The position numbers were made by a program, and so were the translations under genes. Positions 1 through 8,554 of a stretch of DNA of 64,000 nt are shown piece after piece. The DNA is from Candidatus Poribacteria bacterium (GTDB lineage Bacteria; Poribacteria; WGA-4E; PCPOR2b), in contig OZ240245.1 in assembly GCA_965198175.1 (NCBI GenBank), forward strand, positions 3,808,001 to 3,872,000. The letters are read 5' to 3'. The notes beneath the pieces are model-generated. The model saw nothing but the letters and a program-made list of their open reading frames with translations, did no database searches and was not told the origin of the DNA. Position 1 is the stretch's first letter. Each line of letters begins with the position of its first letter.

Positions 1-2141
1 TTCGGTAGTGTTCTCAGAACCTGAGGTTCTACGCTAGCCAAGCGCAGTATCCACCGTTCTCCCCCCTGTAGAAATTCCCGGCTTCCCACGAAGGGCCGCA
101 GATACGGCTCGGCATCGGGTTCCTCTTGCAAAAACGCAGCGCGTTCTTCAGCTTTGAAAATGTAATGTCCTCCATCAATGGGTTTGGAGCCGATAATTAA
201 CTTCGGCAGTCCATTAATCTGTCGAGATTCTTTCTTTACGACAATCCGCGAATCGGTCAGTCCACTGGCATCGAACAGGTAAGGCGAGAGGGCGGTGTGA
301 CGGCTCTCGTGTGGTTCACTTGTGGGAGTGTTGTAGGAAAACAGTCGTTTCTCGCGTGGTGCGTCCCCCCGTTTTGCCAACCCAATAATGACGACGTGAA
401 CGTGCGCCATGTCACGGGCGTCCGAACCCCATGCGAAGGTGCGGTGGGCAAAGGCGATCTCTAGGGTGCAACGGTGAAACAGGAGGGGCCAAAGCTGCGC
501 CACCTGTTCGCCCTGGGTGATGGAATTGGTCGCCACAAAGCCGATGCGCGCTGCGCTCTGTTGGATGAATTCACCCGCTTTCATAAACCACGCGGTCACA
601 TAGTCGAGTGTGCCGCCACTTCTACCCAGTGCGGCGATGTTACGCACCTGTTCGCGCTGCTGTTCTGTTTGGAACTTCGCACCCACAAAAGGCGGATTGC
701 CAAGCACATAGGAACACCCTTCTGGGGGCAGGAGCGTCGTCCAATCCGTTTCCAGTGCATCCCCGCGCCTGATATGCGGTGACTTTTCCAACGGAATGCG
801 TACATAAGTCTGACCAAACTCCAGACTCAGGCGGTTGTTCATGATGTGGTCCATCATCCACAGAGCAACCTCCGCGATACGCACTGGAAACTCCCCCAAC
901 TCAATCCCATAAAACCCATCTACATCAACTACCGAAAGCGATTGCGCAATCAGGTCAAGCTGACCATGTGGTCGCATCTCCTTTAACACTTCAATTTCCA
1001 ATGTCCGCAATTCACGGTAGGCGATGATCAGGAAGTTGCCACAGCCGCACGCTGGATCAAAAAAGCGCAACCGACCGAGTCTATGCTGAAAGGCAATCAG
1101 TTCCGGGAGGCGGCGGTTGTCCCTGCGGTCACGGAGGTGTTGAAACTCGGCACGCAACTCGTCGAGGCACAGCGGCTCTATCACCTTGAGGATGTTCTTT
1201 TCGGTGGTGTAGTGCGCACCTTGCGCACGGCGTTCATCTTTGTCCATCACCGACTGGAAGAGCGATCCGAAGATTGCTGGGGAGATTTCGGACCAATTAA
1301 AATGACAAGCATCAATGAGCCGTTGGCGCATCTTGGAATCAAATGACGGGATGAGCAAGGGTTCGCGGAACAGCTCGCCGTTGACGTAGGAGAAGCGGGC
1401 GAGATCTTCGTCGAGGTTTCTGGAGCGGCGGTCTACCGGCGTGTTGAGTATTTGGAACAGTTGCGCCAACCAACCGCCAAGGTCTGAGCCATCTTTCCGT
1501 GTCCGGTTCTCTAGCAGATCGAGAAAAATGTCTCGTGGCTCAAAAATGCCGGTGTCGTCGGCAAAGAAGCAGAAGACGATGCGGACTAAGAATTGTTCCA
1601 GATCGTGTCCCGTGTAACCGGATTCAGCCAACGCGTCGTGGAGCTGCCCAACGCGCTCGGACGCTTTGATGTTGACTGGATCCTGATCCTTGAAGGATCG
1701 CTTCTGCACACCCAAGATAAAGCCGAACTTTTCGACATGTTGGGGCAAGTCAGCGAGGGCAAAGGCAACACTTGCATCTTCGTCGAGGTCGTATAACTCA
1801 AACGTCTGGAAATCGCTCAGGAGGAGGTAGCGCGGCAGGTCAGCATCCTTGAGACCGGGAAAGTAAGAGAGCGCTTGGGCTCTGGCTTGTGTTAAGTCGC
1901 GTCCCGCACTTTTCTGCTCAACGAGGAGCACGCCTTTCCAAAACAGATCGATAAAGCCGCGCTTATCGCCGAGGAGTTGAACAGGCTCTTCAAACGTGGC
2001 AACCCGGCGCACAGGCAGGTCAAAGATGGCGAAAAAGTCGCGGTAGAAAAGTTGCGTTTGTCCCTTTTCGTAGCCTGCATCTGCCCATTCTTGAGCGAAT
2101 GCAGCGGCACGGACACGAATTTCATTCCATGACAGGCGCAT
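1..2141 (-). CDS. MmeI-like type IIL restriction-modification enzyme (N6-adenine methyltransferase/endonuclease), 3' end beyond window
   Basis: Hand translation from ATG 2141: MRLSWNEIRVRAAAFAQEW...GFIDLFWKGVLLVEQKS (PD-ExK nuclease)...GAHYTTEKNILKVIEPL...FFDPACGCGNFL (motif I)...VLGNPPFVG (motif IV). The frame stays open to base 1, so it is absent from the ORF track. Confidence 0.93.
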   Translation of the reverse strand, partial: MRLSWNEIRVRAAAFAQEWADAGYEKGQTQLFYRDFFAIFDLPVRRVATFEEPVQLLGDKRGFIDLFWKGVLLVEQKSAGRDLTQARAQALSYFPGLKDADLPRYLLLSDFQTFELYDLDEDASVAFALADLPQHVEKFGFILGVQKRSFKDQDPVNIKASERVGQLHDALAESGYTGHDLEQFLVRIVFCFFADDTGIFEPRDIFLDLLENRTRKDGSDLGGWLAQLFQILNTPVDRRSRNLDEDLARFSYVNGELFREPLLIPSFDSKMRQRLIDACHFNWSEISPAIFGSLFQSVMDKDERRAQGAHYTTEKNILKVIEPLCLDELRAEFQHLRDRRDNRRLPELIAFQHRLGRLRFFDPACGCGNFLIIAYRELRTLEIEVLKEMRPHGQLDLIAQSLSVVDVDGFYGIELGEFPVRIAEVALWMMDHIMNNRLSLEFGQTYVRIPLEKSPHIRRGDALETDWTTLLPPEGCSYVLGNPPFVGAKFQTEQQREQVRNIAALGRSGGTLDYVTAWFMKAGEFIQQSAARIGFVATNSITQGEQVAQLWPLLFHRCTLEIAFAHRTFAWGSDARDMAHVHVVIIGLAKRGDAPREKRLFSYNTPTSEPHESRHTALSPYLFDASGLTDSRIVVKKESRQINGLPKLIIGSKPIDGGHYIFKAEERAAFLQEEPDAEPYLRPFVGSREFLQGGERWILRLASVEPQVLRTLP

Positions 2142-2201
2142 GTCGTTGCGTCCCTTTCAGAATGGCATAGCGTATGCTGAAGAACACACGAATCAGATTC
2201 A

Positions 2202-2700
2202 TTATTTCAATTGTAAGCATCGAACAATCAAATCGCTTAGATTCTCCATAACATCCAACATTATGCCAAGAGCTTCAAATACGTAGTGGCCAATTTCAAA
2301 GGCTTCCGTAATTTCATCAACACCCCCCTTGAGAGCCCATGGATTCTGATTTCGGAGCATCGCGTTCAAGGAGCACTACAAATGTATCAAGTGAGTCTCC
2401 ATCAGGCACTAGTATGTCTGTATCCTGTACTATGGGAATTCCATATTCAGAAATGGGATTCAAGAATGCTGGTAGATCTATAAATGGCACGGCACGCCAG
2501 CGGAATCACTATCGCAAAATTGTGGTGATAACAGGGTGTAAATTCCCTTGTATCCGCCTTTATAAAACCCCACACTTTTTCTTTATATTTGTGGTTCGCT
2601 ACTGTCACACGACAGTTTTTTCTGGCGGCATATATGTTTCGTGGTGGGATAACGTCACGCACACCGGGAATTGGTGCGGGTTCTTGAAATTGTCCTAAGA
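2202..2700 (-). pseudogene. Possible frameshifted remnant of an unknown gene
   Basis: Protein-like pieces in different frames (…VPFIDLPAFLNPISEYGIPIVQDTDILVPDG… and …VDEITEAFEIGHYVFEALG…LK*) join across a G6 run near 2324-2329. No recognisable family. Confidence 0.3.
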
Positions 2701-3003
2701 TTAACCCGGGACGAGTGAAAAAGCTGTTGATACGAGCCTGGATAACAAAGAAGAAGATAGCTTTCAACTCGAAGCCTTCGGCGGTAACGGAGCCAGCTTG
2801 GGTTATTGTACAGCAACATACAACATATCTCAAGAGGAGAATTTTTTGTTCCTTCGCGGACTCGCTCACAGACGACGTACACTCTTGGATGCGATGGGAA
2901 ACCATCGGGGTATTGCGTCATCCTGGCGAACAGCGATGACCGTTTAACGGTGGCTGACTTATTGTTGGTGTGAGGCGCCGTAAAAAAGCCATACAGACGC
3001 AAA

Positions 3004-3165
3004 GATTCTGTAACAAAAAGCGCAGTGCTGGGGTTGACGCGCTACTTGCCGACGTATTGGGCTGGCTGTAATATTCGGTCAATGCGCTAACGCCTGGCGG
3101 AGTATTCAACGACCACGACCCTGAATTTGTCGAGCGTTACAGCTATCGCACACCGCTGGGGTGGT
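3004..3165 (+). pseudogene. C-terminal fragment of an SDR oxidoreductase
   Basis: DSVTKSAVLGLTRYLPTYWAGCNIR / frameshift near 3077 / VNALTPGGVFNDHDPEFVERYSYRTPLG. The SDR YxxxK position reads DxxxK and there is no N-terminal Rossmann part. Confidence 0.7.
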
Positions 3166-3337
3166 TGATGAAGGGTGGACAGCATGCTAAGTCAAACGCA
3201 ATCCCAGAGAAAACCTGATTTCAGTGTTGCTCATGAGAGGCACAATAGATCGGGACAAATTTTGACAATTCATATGACCGTCGCACTCGAACATCACGAC
3301 CTTTTTCTCGGCCATGCTGAATTTCTCACATTTTTTC

Positions 3338-3378
3338 TTGACATAGACTTGCTGATATGCTAATATACTCGCATATTA
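3338..3378 (+). promoter_or_regulatory. Sigma70 promoter with overlapping inverted repeat (candidate BlaI operator)
   Basis: TTGACA (3338-3343)-N17-TAATAT (3361-3366). The dyad ATATGCTA-N6-TCGCATAT (3355-3376) covers the -10 box, directly upstream of the BlaI-family gene. Confidence 0.7.
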
Positions 3379-3399
3379 CACGACAAAGGAGGTGATAGC

Positions 3400-3774
3400 A
3401 TGCAAGATTATCGTATTCTCAGTCGACGTGAACGACAGATTATGAACATCATCTATCAACGAGGTCACGCTTCCGTAGCCAACGTCCTCGATGACCTCCC
3501 AGACCCGCCTACCTATTCCACAGTCCGAGCCCTGTTGCGCATTTTGGAGGAAAAGGGACATCTTACCCACGAAAAAGATGGACCACGCTACATCTATCAT
3601 CCCACGCAACCGCGCCATCAAGCAGGACACTTTGCACTCAAACAGCTTGTTAAAACCTTCTTCGATAAATCCATCGAAAAAACGGTTGCTGCGTTGGTCT
3701 CCGACGCTGATGTCTCCGATGAGCAACTCGACCGTTTAAGCCGTCTCATTGAGCAAACGAAAAAAGGAGGATAG
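3400..3774 (+). CDS. BlaI/MecI/CopY family transcriptional repressor
   Basis: LSRRERQIMNIIY...YSTVRALLRILEEKGHL...RYIY...LVKTFFDKS; SD AAGGAGG. Confidence 0.95.
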   Translation: MQDYRILSRRERQIMNIIYQRGHASVANVLDDLPDPPTYSTVRALLRILEEKGHLTHEKDGPRYIYHPTQPRHQAGHFALKQLVKTFFDKSIEKTVAALVSDADVSDEQLDRLSRLIEQTKKGG

Positions 3775-6188
3775 TGATGCCGTTCATTGAAACCCTCGAA
3801 TCCAACTTGTGGCTGAGATTTTTAGTAGATGCCACGCTGAAGAGTATAGTGATTTTGGCTGTTGCGGGTATTATCGGGTTCATTCTGCGTCATCAATCGG
3901 CGGCGTTGCGCGGATTAGTTTGGAGCTTGGCAATCGTCGGCTGCCTCATCGTCCCGCTGTGTTCACTCGCACTTCCGAAGTGGGATGTCGGTGTGCTGCC
4001 GGGGGCATCGGGTGAGCATGAATCGGACGTGTTGGTCGAAACCAGTCCTCCGCCCGCGATGCCCGTACCGATTCCATCTCGTCCGTCCCCATCAGACGTA
4101 GTGTCACCCACACAAACCACACCGTCGCCGTTGCAACCACACCTTGCAATCAGGGAAAGCAACGCTTCCCAACAAAACTTGCCATGGACAGATCGCACTG
4201 CTCTCTACTGGACCGATTGGATAGTCGTGGGTTGGGCGGTGGTCGGACTGTTCCTGTTTGCCCGTCTGATTGTCGGAATCGGTGCTGTGTGGTACATCTC
4301 AATTCGTAGCGACGACTTCAGCGATGCGATTGAGCATCTGCAACTTGATTTGAAGCGTCGATACCGTGTCCGTCGGATCGACACGGGCACAGTGCCGATG
4401 GTGTGGGGTTTCTTTCGTCCCGTAATCTTGTTGCCCGGTGATGCGGACAGTTGGGGGTCGGAACGGCTACGTGCTGTTTTACTCCACGAATTTGCACACA
4501 TCCAACGGCGTGATTGGTTGATGCAAACAATCACACAGATAGCGTGTGCGGTGTATTGGTTTAATCCGCTCGTATGGGTTGTTGCGCGTCGGATGCGGAC
4601 GGAGATGGAGCGGGCATGCGATGACTGTGTGCTCAACGCGGGTTATTGTTCGACCGAGTATGCGCAACATCTGCTTGACATTGTGCGAAGCATCACGGCG
4701 GTTGGTTCAGTTTCGCGTGCAACTGTGGCGATGGCGCGTCAGTCGAAGATTGAAGGGCGGCTCCGAACCGTTCTCGCCGAGAACCGGAATCGGCACCCGT
4801 TGACGAAGGTTGCAGTGGTGATAGGACTGCTTGTCCTGATTGGTTTCGCTGTGCCTATGGGTGCGATGCGGTTGGCAGAAGCGGTTGACCCAGAGGGTGC
4901 ATTATATGAAGAGATTCAGAATGAAGCCAACCGAAAACGCGAGGTGTATTCAGAACAATTATTTGCCGTATTCAAATCATTTACGGCGGTGGAAGCGGAC
5001 GGTGAGATTTTCACAGGTGTCATCCTGAGCCAAGTTGGTCATATTCTCGTCCCAGCAAGAGTGACAGAGGCTGAAATCATTCGACTGAATATTCTCGATT
5101 ATCAGCCCGTTAAAGTTGTCGCTGTCGACACGGAGAGCGGATTGGGAGTGGTGCAGGTTGAAGGACAGAGATACCTTCGACCTGTTGTACTTGGAACTGT
5201 AGGAGACTTGCGGGAATACGCGCCGGCTCCGCTTCCCAACCCGGTGGACGGTTACCTATACCGGAGTATAAGGGCTATCTGCGCACGCGGCCTCAATCTA
5301 CCTCCGGGATTTCGTCAACATGCGGTTGGTCAACCAACCGTGCAAATCGCTAGCATAATGCAACTCGAAATTGACGATGGCGGTAAGGTAACAGCGTTGA
5401 AAACTGCATGTCCTGGCCCTTCCGGTGAAAGGTTTAAAGGCGAGTTAATTCTTCGCTACGACCAACACGACGTGCTTATTCACTACGAAGGGCATGGTGA
5501 AATCATCAGAGGAGACGCACTTGTGCATTACAACGGGCGGCTGCTCGCGGTCTCGCTTGAAGATAAAGTGCGGTACGACAAATGGGGCCCCAGCGCCGAC
5601 CTGATACCAATCGACGAGATTCGCGCTGCGCTTGAGCGAATGGATGCCCTCCACTTGATTGAACGTCGAATCGAAAAACCAATGAAAAAGTTTGAACTCG
5701 TATTTGAGGCGGAGGAGTTCACACGGCTTGATGGAGTAAAACCGAATGTGAAACCGTTCTTGACAGTCGAGGATGTAACCGCATCTGGTGACGCGTTCAT
5801 CGTTGCAAATACCGCGTTGGATCACCAATACCAACTACCGGATTTGTGGCTGACGTATGAGATTGAGATTCCAGCGGATGGCGACTACGCAATTTGGCTC
5901 TATGGGCGAGGGTACACCGGCAAGAGCGACTCCTTCTTCGTCGGAACAGACGTTGAATCACCCCGTGCTTGTGATGTGAACAGCTACGGCTGGTGGGGCG
6001 CGGTGCCGGCAATCCAACGAATCTCAGTGCAGACAGTGCCGGCTTTCCACTTCACACGAGGTAAACACGAAATCCGTCTCTTTGTCCGGGAGACGGGCAC
6101 GGAATTGGATGCTCTCCTGATAACGAACGACCTAAGTTTAGGCGCAGCGGAGATTAACCGAATATTTACGTTACAAAACAATCGGTGA
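3774..6188 (+). CDS. BlaR1/M56-family membrane metallopeptidase with C-terminal degenerate trypsin-like and CBM-like domains
   Basis: TM helices, PMVWG, HEFAH zinc motif, YWFNPLVW, ERACDDCV. Later come TGVILS..GHILV (trypsin-like) and FEAEEF...GDYAIW...DSFFV...GKHEIRL..RE.GTELD (beta-sandwich). Overlaps the repressor stop codon. Confidence 0.9.
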   Translation: MMPFIETLESNLWLRFLVDATLKSIVILAVAGIIGFILRHQSAALRGLVWSLAIVGCLIVPLCSLALPKWDVGVLPGASGEHESDVLVETSPPPAMPVPIPSRPSPSDVVSPTQTTPSPLQPHLAIRESNASQQNLPWTDRTALYWTDWIVVGWAVVGLFLFARLIVGIGAVWYISIRSDDFSDAIEHLQLDLKRRYRVRRIDTGTVPMVWGFFRPVILLPGDADSWGSERLRAVLLHEFAHIQRRDWLMQTITQIACAVYWFNPLVWVVARRMRTEMERACDDCVLNAGYCSTEYAQHLLDIVRSITAVGSVSRATVAMARQSKIEGRLRTVLAENRNRHPLTKVAVVIGLLVLIGFAVPMGAMRLAEAVDPEGALYEEIQNEANRKREVYSEQLFAVFKSFTAVEADGEIFTGVILSQVGHILVPARVTEAEIIRLNILDYQPVKVVAVDTESGLGVVQVEGQRYLRPVVLGTVGDLREYAPAPLPNPVDGYLYRSIRAICARGLNLPPGFRQHAVGQPTVQIASIMQLEIDDGGKVTALKTACPGPSGERFKGELILRYDQHDVLIHYEGHGEIIRGDALVHYNGRLLAVSLEDKVRYDKWGPSADLIPIDEIRAALERMDALHLIERRIEKPMKKFELVFEAEEFTRLDGVKPNVKPFLTVEDVTASGDAFIVANTALDHQYQLPDLWLTYEIEIPADGDYAIWLYGRGYTGKSDSFFVGTDVESPRACDVNSYGWWGAVPAIQRISVQTVPAFHFTRGKHEIRLFVRETGTELDALLITNDLSLGAAEINRIFTLQNNR

Positions 6189-6264
6189 AACAACGCCTCT
6201 GTAAACCACGCTTGACATTGTGCGTCTTATTTTTTGCGCTTCTCAAATGTGGAGGATTATTCCG

Positions 6265-6915
6265 ATGAAGAACGTGATGTTTTTCAAGTTAAGCTTATTT
6301 TGTTTCGCTTATGCGCTATGTCTACCGCATAGTTTCGCCCAAGATTCACCGCAATGGGGGCTGCCCGAGGGCACTAAACCGCGCCTTGGTAATGGTACGG
6401 TAAATGAAGTACAGTATTCGCCCGACGGCAATCGACTTGCGGTGGCTAGCGGTATCGGTATCTGGCTCTACAATGTGGCGACGCTTCAAGAAATTGCCCT
6501 GCTCACTGGGCATACGGGTAGGATCGAAAGCGTTGCGTTCAGTCCCGATGGCGACACCGTGTTGCTGTGGGAACTTACCTCTTCGACAGCATTTGGGGTG
6601 GAACCGTTGGCAATGCGCACGACGACGCTGGGAAACATCAACGGACGGCGTTGCTGCAAAATTATCCGAATCCGTTCAACCCCGAAACCTGAATACCGTA
6701 TCAGTTGGCAAACGACGCACTCGTGACCTTAACCATCTATGGCCAGAGCGGTCGCATCGTCCGCACTCTTGCCATTGGACGCCAAATTTCGGGAGTCTAC
6801 CGAGATAAAGCGAACGCGGCCTATTGGGATGGTGCTCGTCGCTAGCGGCACCAATTACTATCAACTCCGTTCGGGTGATTAAACCGCGTTAAGGCGGATG
6901 GTGATTGTCAAGTAG
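6265..6915 (+). pseudogene. Degraded secreted WD40 + FlgD-Ig-like protein
   Basis: Signal peptide and first WD blade match the paralogs. Lesions: internal deletion (AFSPDG|DTVLLW), frameshift after GNI (~6640), TGG->TGA in NPET*IPY (6690), and more damage before ...RRMVIVK*. Confidence 0.9.
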
Positions 6916-6934
6916 CGCCGCGCAACTGGGGTGA

Positions 6935-6985
6935 GAAACCGAGTTTTTCTAAAAACTGGGTTCTGAAGTTACTGTCAGCGAGATG
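6935..6985 (+). repeat. Conserved 3' palindromic element downstream of the three tandem WD40 genes
   Basis: AAACCGAGTTTTTCTAAAAACTGGGTTCTGAAGTTAC; similar copies at ~9523-9565 and ~11849-11890, each just after an 'MV(I/V)VK*' stop. Confidence 0.7.
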
Positions 6986-6993
6986 ATTAGCTC

Positions 6994-7253
6994 TTGTAGG
7001 TTGGGTTTCGCTAGGTATCTACGCCAAAGAGGGTGTAGTTTGGCTGTCAAAACGTAAATCGTCGTTGGTTCTGGAGGTAAAGACCTGAAAACTATCGCTA
7101 AGATTTCTATGAAGAACTACAAAGACTATCGCAGTCGCTATTCGCTCCATTGATCACTCACTATTCGTTCGTTTGATCCTTAGGCAAACTATCGCGCTCT
7201 TTATCCAGTCGCTTGAGCTATTCGCTCAGTTGATCGCTCAACCCAACCTACAA
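6994..7253. repeat. GTAG-type REP/MITE-like element with terminal inverted repeats and modular interior
   Basis: TTGTAGGTTGGGTT ... AACCCAACCTACAA; internal modules ACTATCGC (x3) and CTATTCGYTC..TTGATC (x3). Confidence 0.8.
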
Positions 7254-7409
7254 AAACGGTCATGAACAGGCACTATTATAGAAGGTAAGCCGAATTCAGC
7301 ACCTCTGCTTCCGCCGCCTGTGCTTGTTAAACAAAGGCGTCGCCATATCAGCCTTCTTGGGACAACATCAACCGCTAGTCTTGAATCGCGTATCATTCTA
7401 GTATCACGA

Positions 7410-7529
7410 TGTAGCAAAATTGCTACAGGCCCCCTTGAGATGTGTCTGACAAATAACCAGTTATTCGTTCATTTTCTCTAGCAATGAGGGTAAGCACAGG
7501 GTATTATTCGTTATGGCACATCATTTGCG
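7410..7529 (+). promoter_or_regulatory. Sigma54 promoter with upstream activator palindrome
   Basis: TGGCAC-ATCAT-TTGCG at 7514-7529; perfect dyad TGTAGCAA-AA-TTGCTACA (TGT-N12-ACA) at 7410-7427. Confidence 0.75.
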
Positions 7530-7609
7530 ACGCTAAACACTCAAATTGGTTACACAAGTGGCTTTATGATATTCAAGGCGATAGAGGTACCTTATCAGGA
7601 GGACTTGAA

Positions 7610-8347
7610 ATGAGAAATCTGAGTGTCTTGGTGACAATTGGGTTTGTGTTGCTAATATCTGTTGGATGGATTGGCTGCCTTTCGCAAATCATTCAAAAGG
7701 GTACAGGGAACAAGAAACTACTCGACTTCGCCACCGCTGAAACTGGTGCGACAGTCGTTGCTTCCATGTCCATGCCAAGGCATGAGGCTGAAACGACTAT
7801 CAATGGTATCACATCATCGGAAGATTGGGATAAGGGAGAAGGTTGGCGGGTTCAATTTAATCGGAAAAATTGTTGGACGTGTTTTGGAGGTCCGAATACC
7901 GGAACACTTGGGGGGGCTTGGATTGAAGTGCATTTCCCCAAGCCAGAACGGGTCAATCGCATTGTGATACACACCCTAGATTCGTCCGATTATCCCGCTT
8001 CGAGGTATGGTATTTATTCGGGAATTCTACGGATTTGGCGCGAAAAGCGGTGGGAGACCTTAGGTCGTATTAAGAAGGGAAAGATTGAGTATAGGACGCA
8101 GGCCTCCTACGGTAAACCGGCTGGCGGAAAAATTGAGTTTAGGTTTTCACCGATAACTATCGCCAAAGTACGTTTCGATGTGTATCGTAGCAATGACCGA
8201 AAATTTGTGGGAAGGACTTTTGGTGGAATGGAAGAGAGTACCGCCCGAATTGTCGAAATCGAAGTGACAGGGAATGAATCAGTCGATACGATTGCTGAAA
8301 TACAGGAGTTCCCTAGCTTTGACGATGAGGAAAATCTAATATTTTAG
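7610..8347 (+). CDS. Putative lipoprotein with discoidin/F5-8 type C-like domain
   Basis: SD AGGAGG before ATG 7610; hydrophobic leader ending WIG-C; AWIEVHFPKPERVNRIVIH...ARIVEIEVTG. Confidence 0.7.
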   Translation: MRNLSVLVTIGFVLLISVGWIGCLSQIIQKGTGNKKLLDFATAETGATVVASMSMPRHEAETTINGITSSEDWDKGEGWRVQFNRKNCWTCFGGPNTGTLGGAWIEVHFPKPERVNRIVIHTLDSSDYPASRYGIYSGILRIWREKRWETLGRIKKGKIEYRTQASYGKPAGGKIEFRFSPITIAKVRFDVYRSNDRKFVGRTFGGMEESTARIVEIEVTGNESVDTIAEIQEFPSFDDEENLIF

Positions 8348-8554
8348 GGCGGTACCGCTCAATCCTTCACACAGATCCCCACGTCTGTGTGTGAAGAGTC
8401 TGTATTTAGGTGCATCGTTATAGCAGTTTCTTTATCTTCTGCTCAATTCCTACTTCACGGCCGGGAGCAAAACCATCCTCGCGATAGCGTACAATGTCTT
8501 CTTTGTCGATATAAAAGGATATTTCCCCTAACTCAAATATGGAGGATTAATCCA

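Noticed and set aside
474..2125. Small ORF-track entries here and long antisense ORFs elsewhere (e.g. 8639-9409, 63021-63767, 46573-47223)
   Set aside because: Shadow frames overlapping well-supported genes.
6690..6692. TGA in the first WD40 gene as selenocysteine
   Set aside because: Paralogs have TGG (Trp) here and the gene has several other lesions.
7085..7240. Short internal repeats as a mini-CRISPR
   Set aside because: The units are short, degenerate and irregularly spaced, and sit inside REP-type inverted ends.
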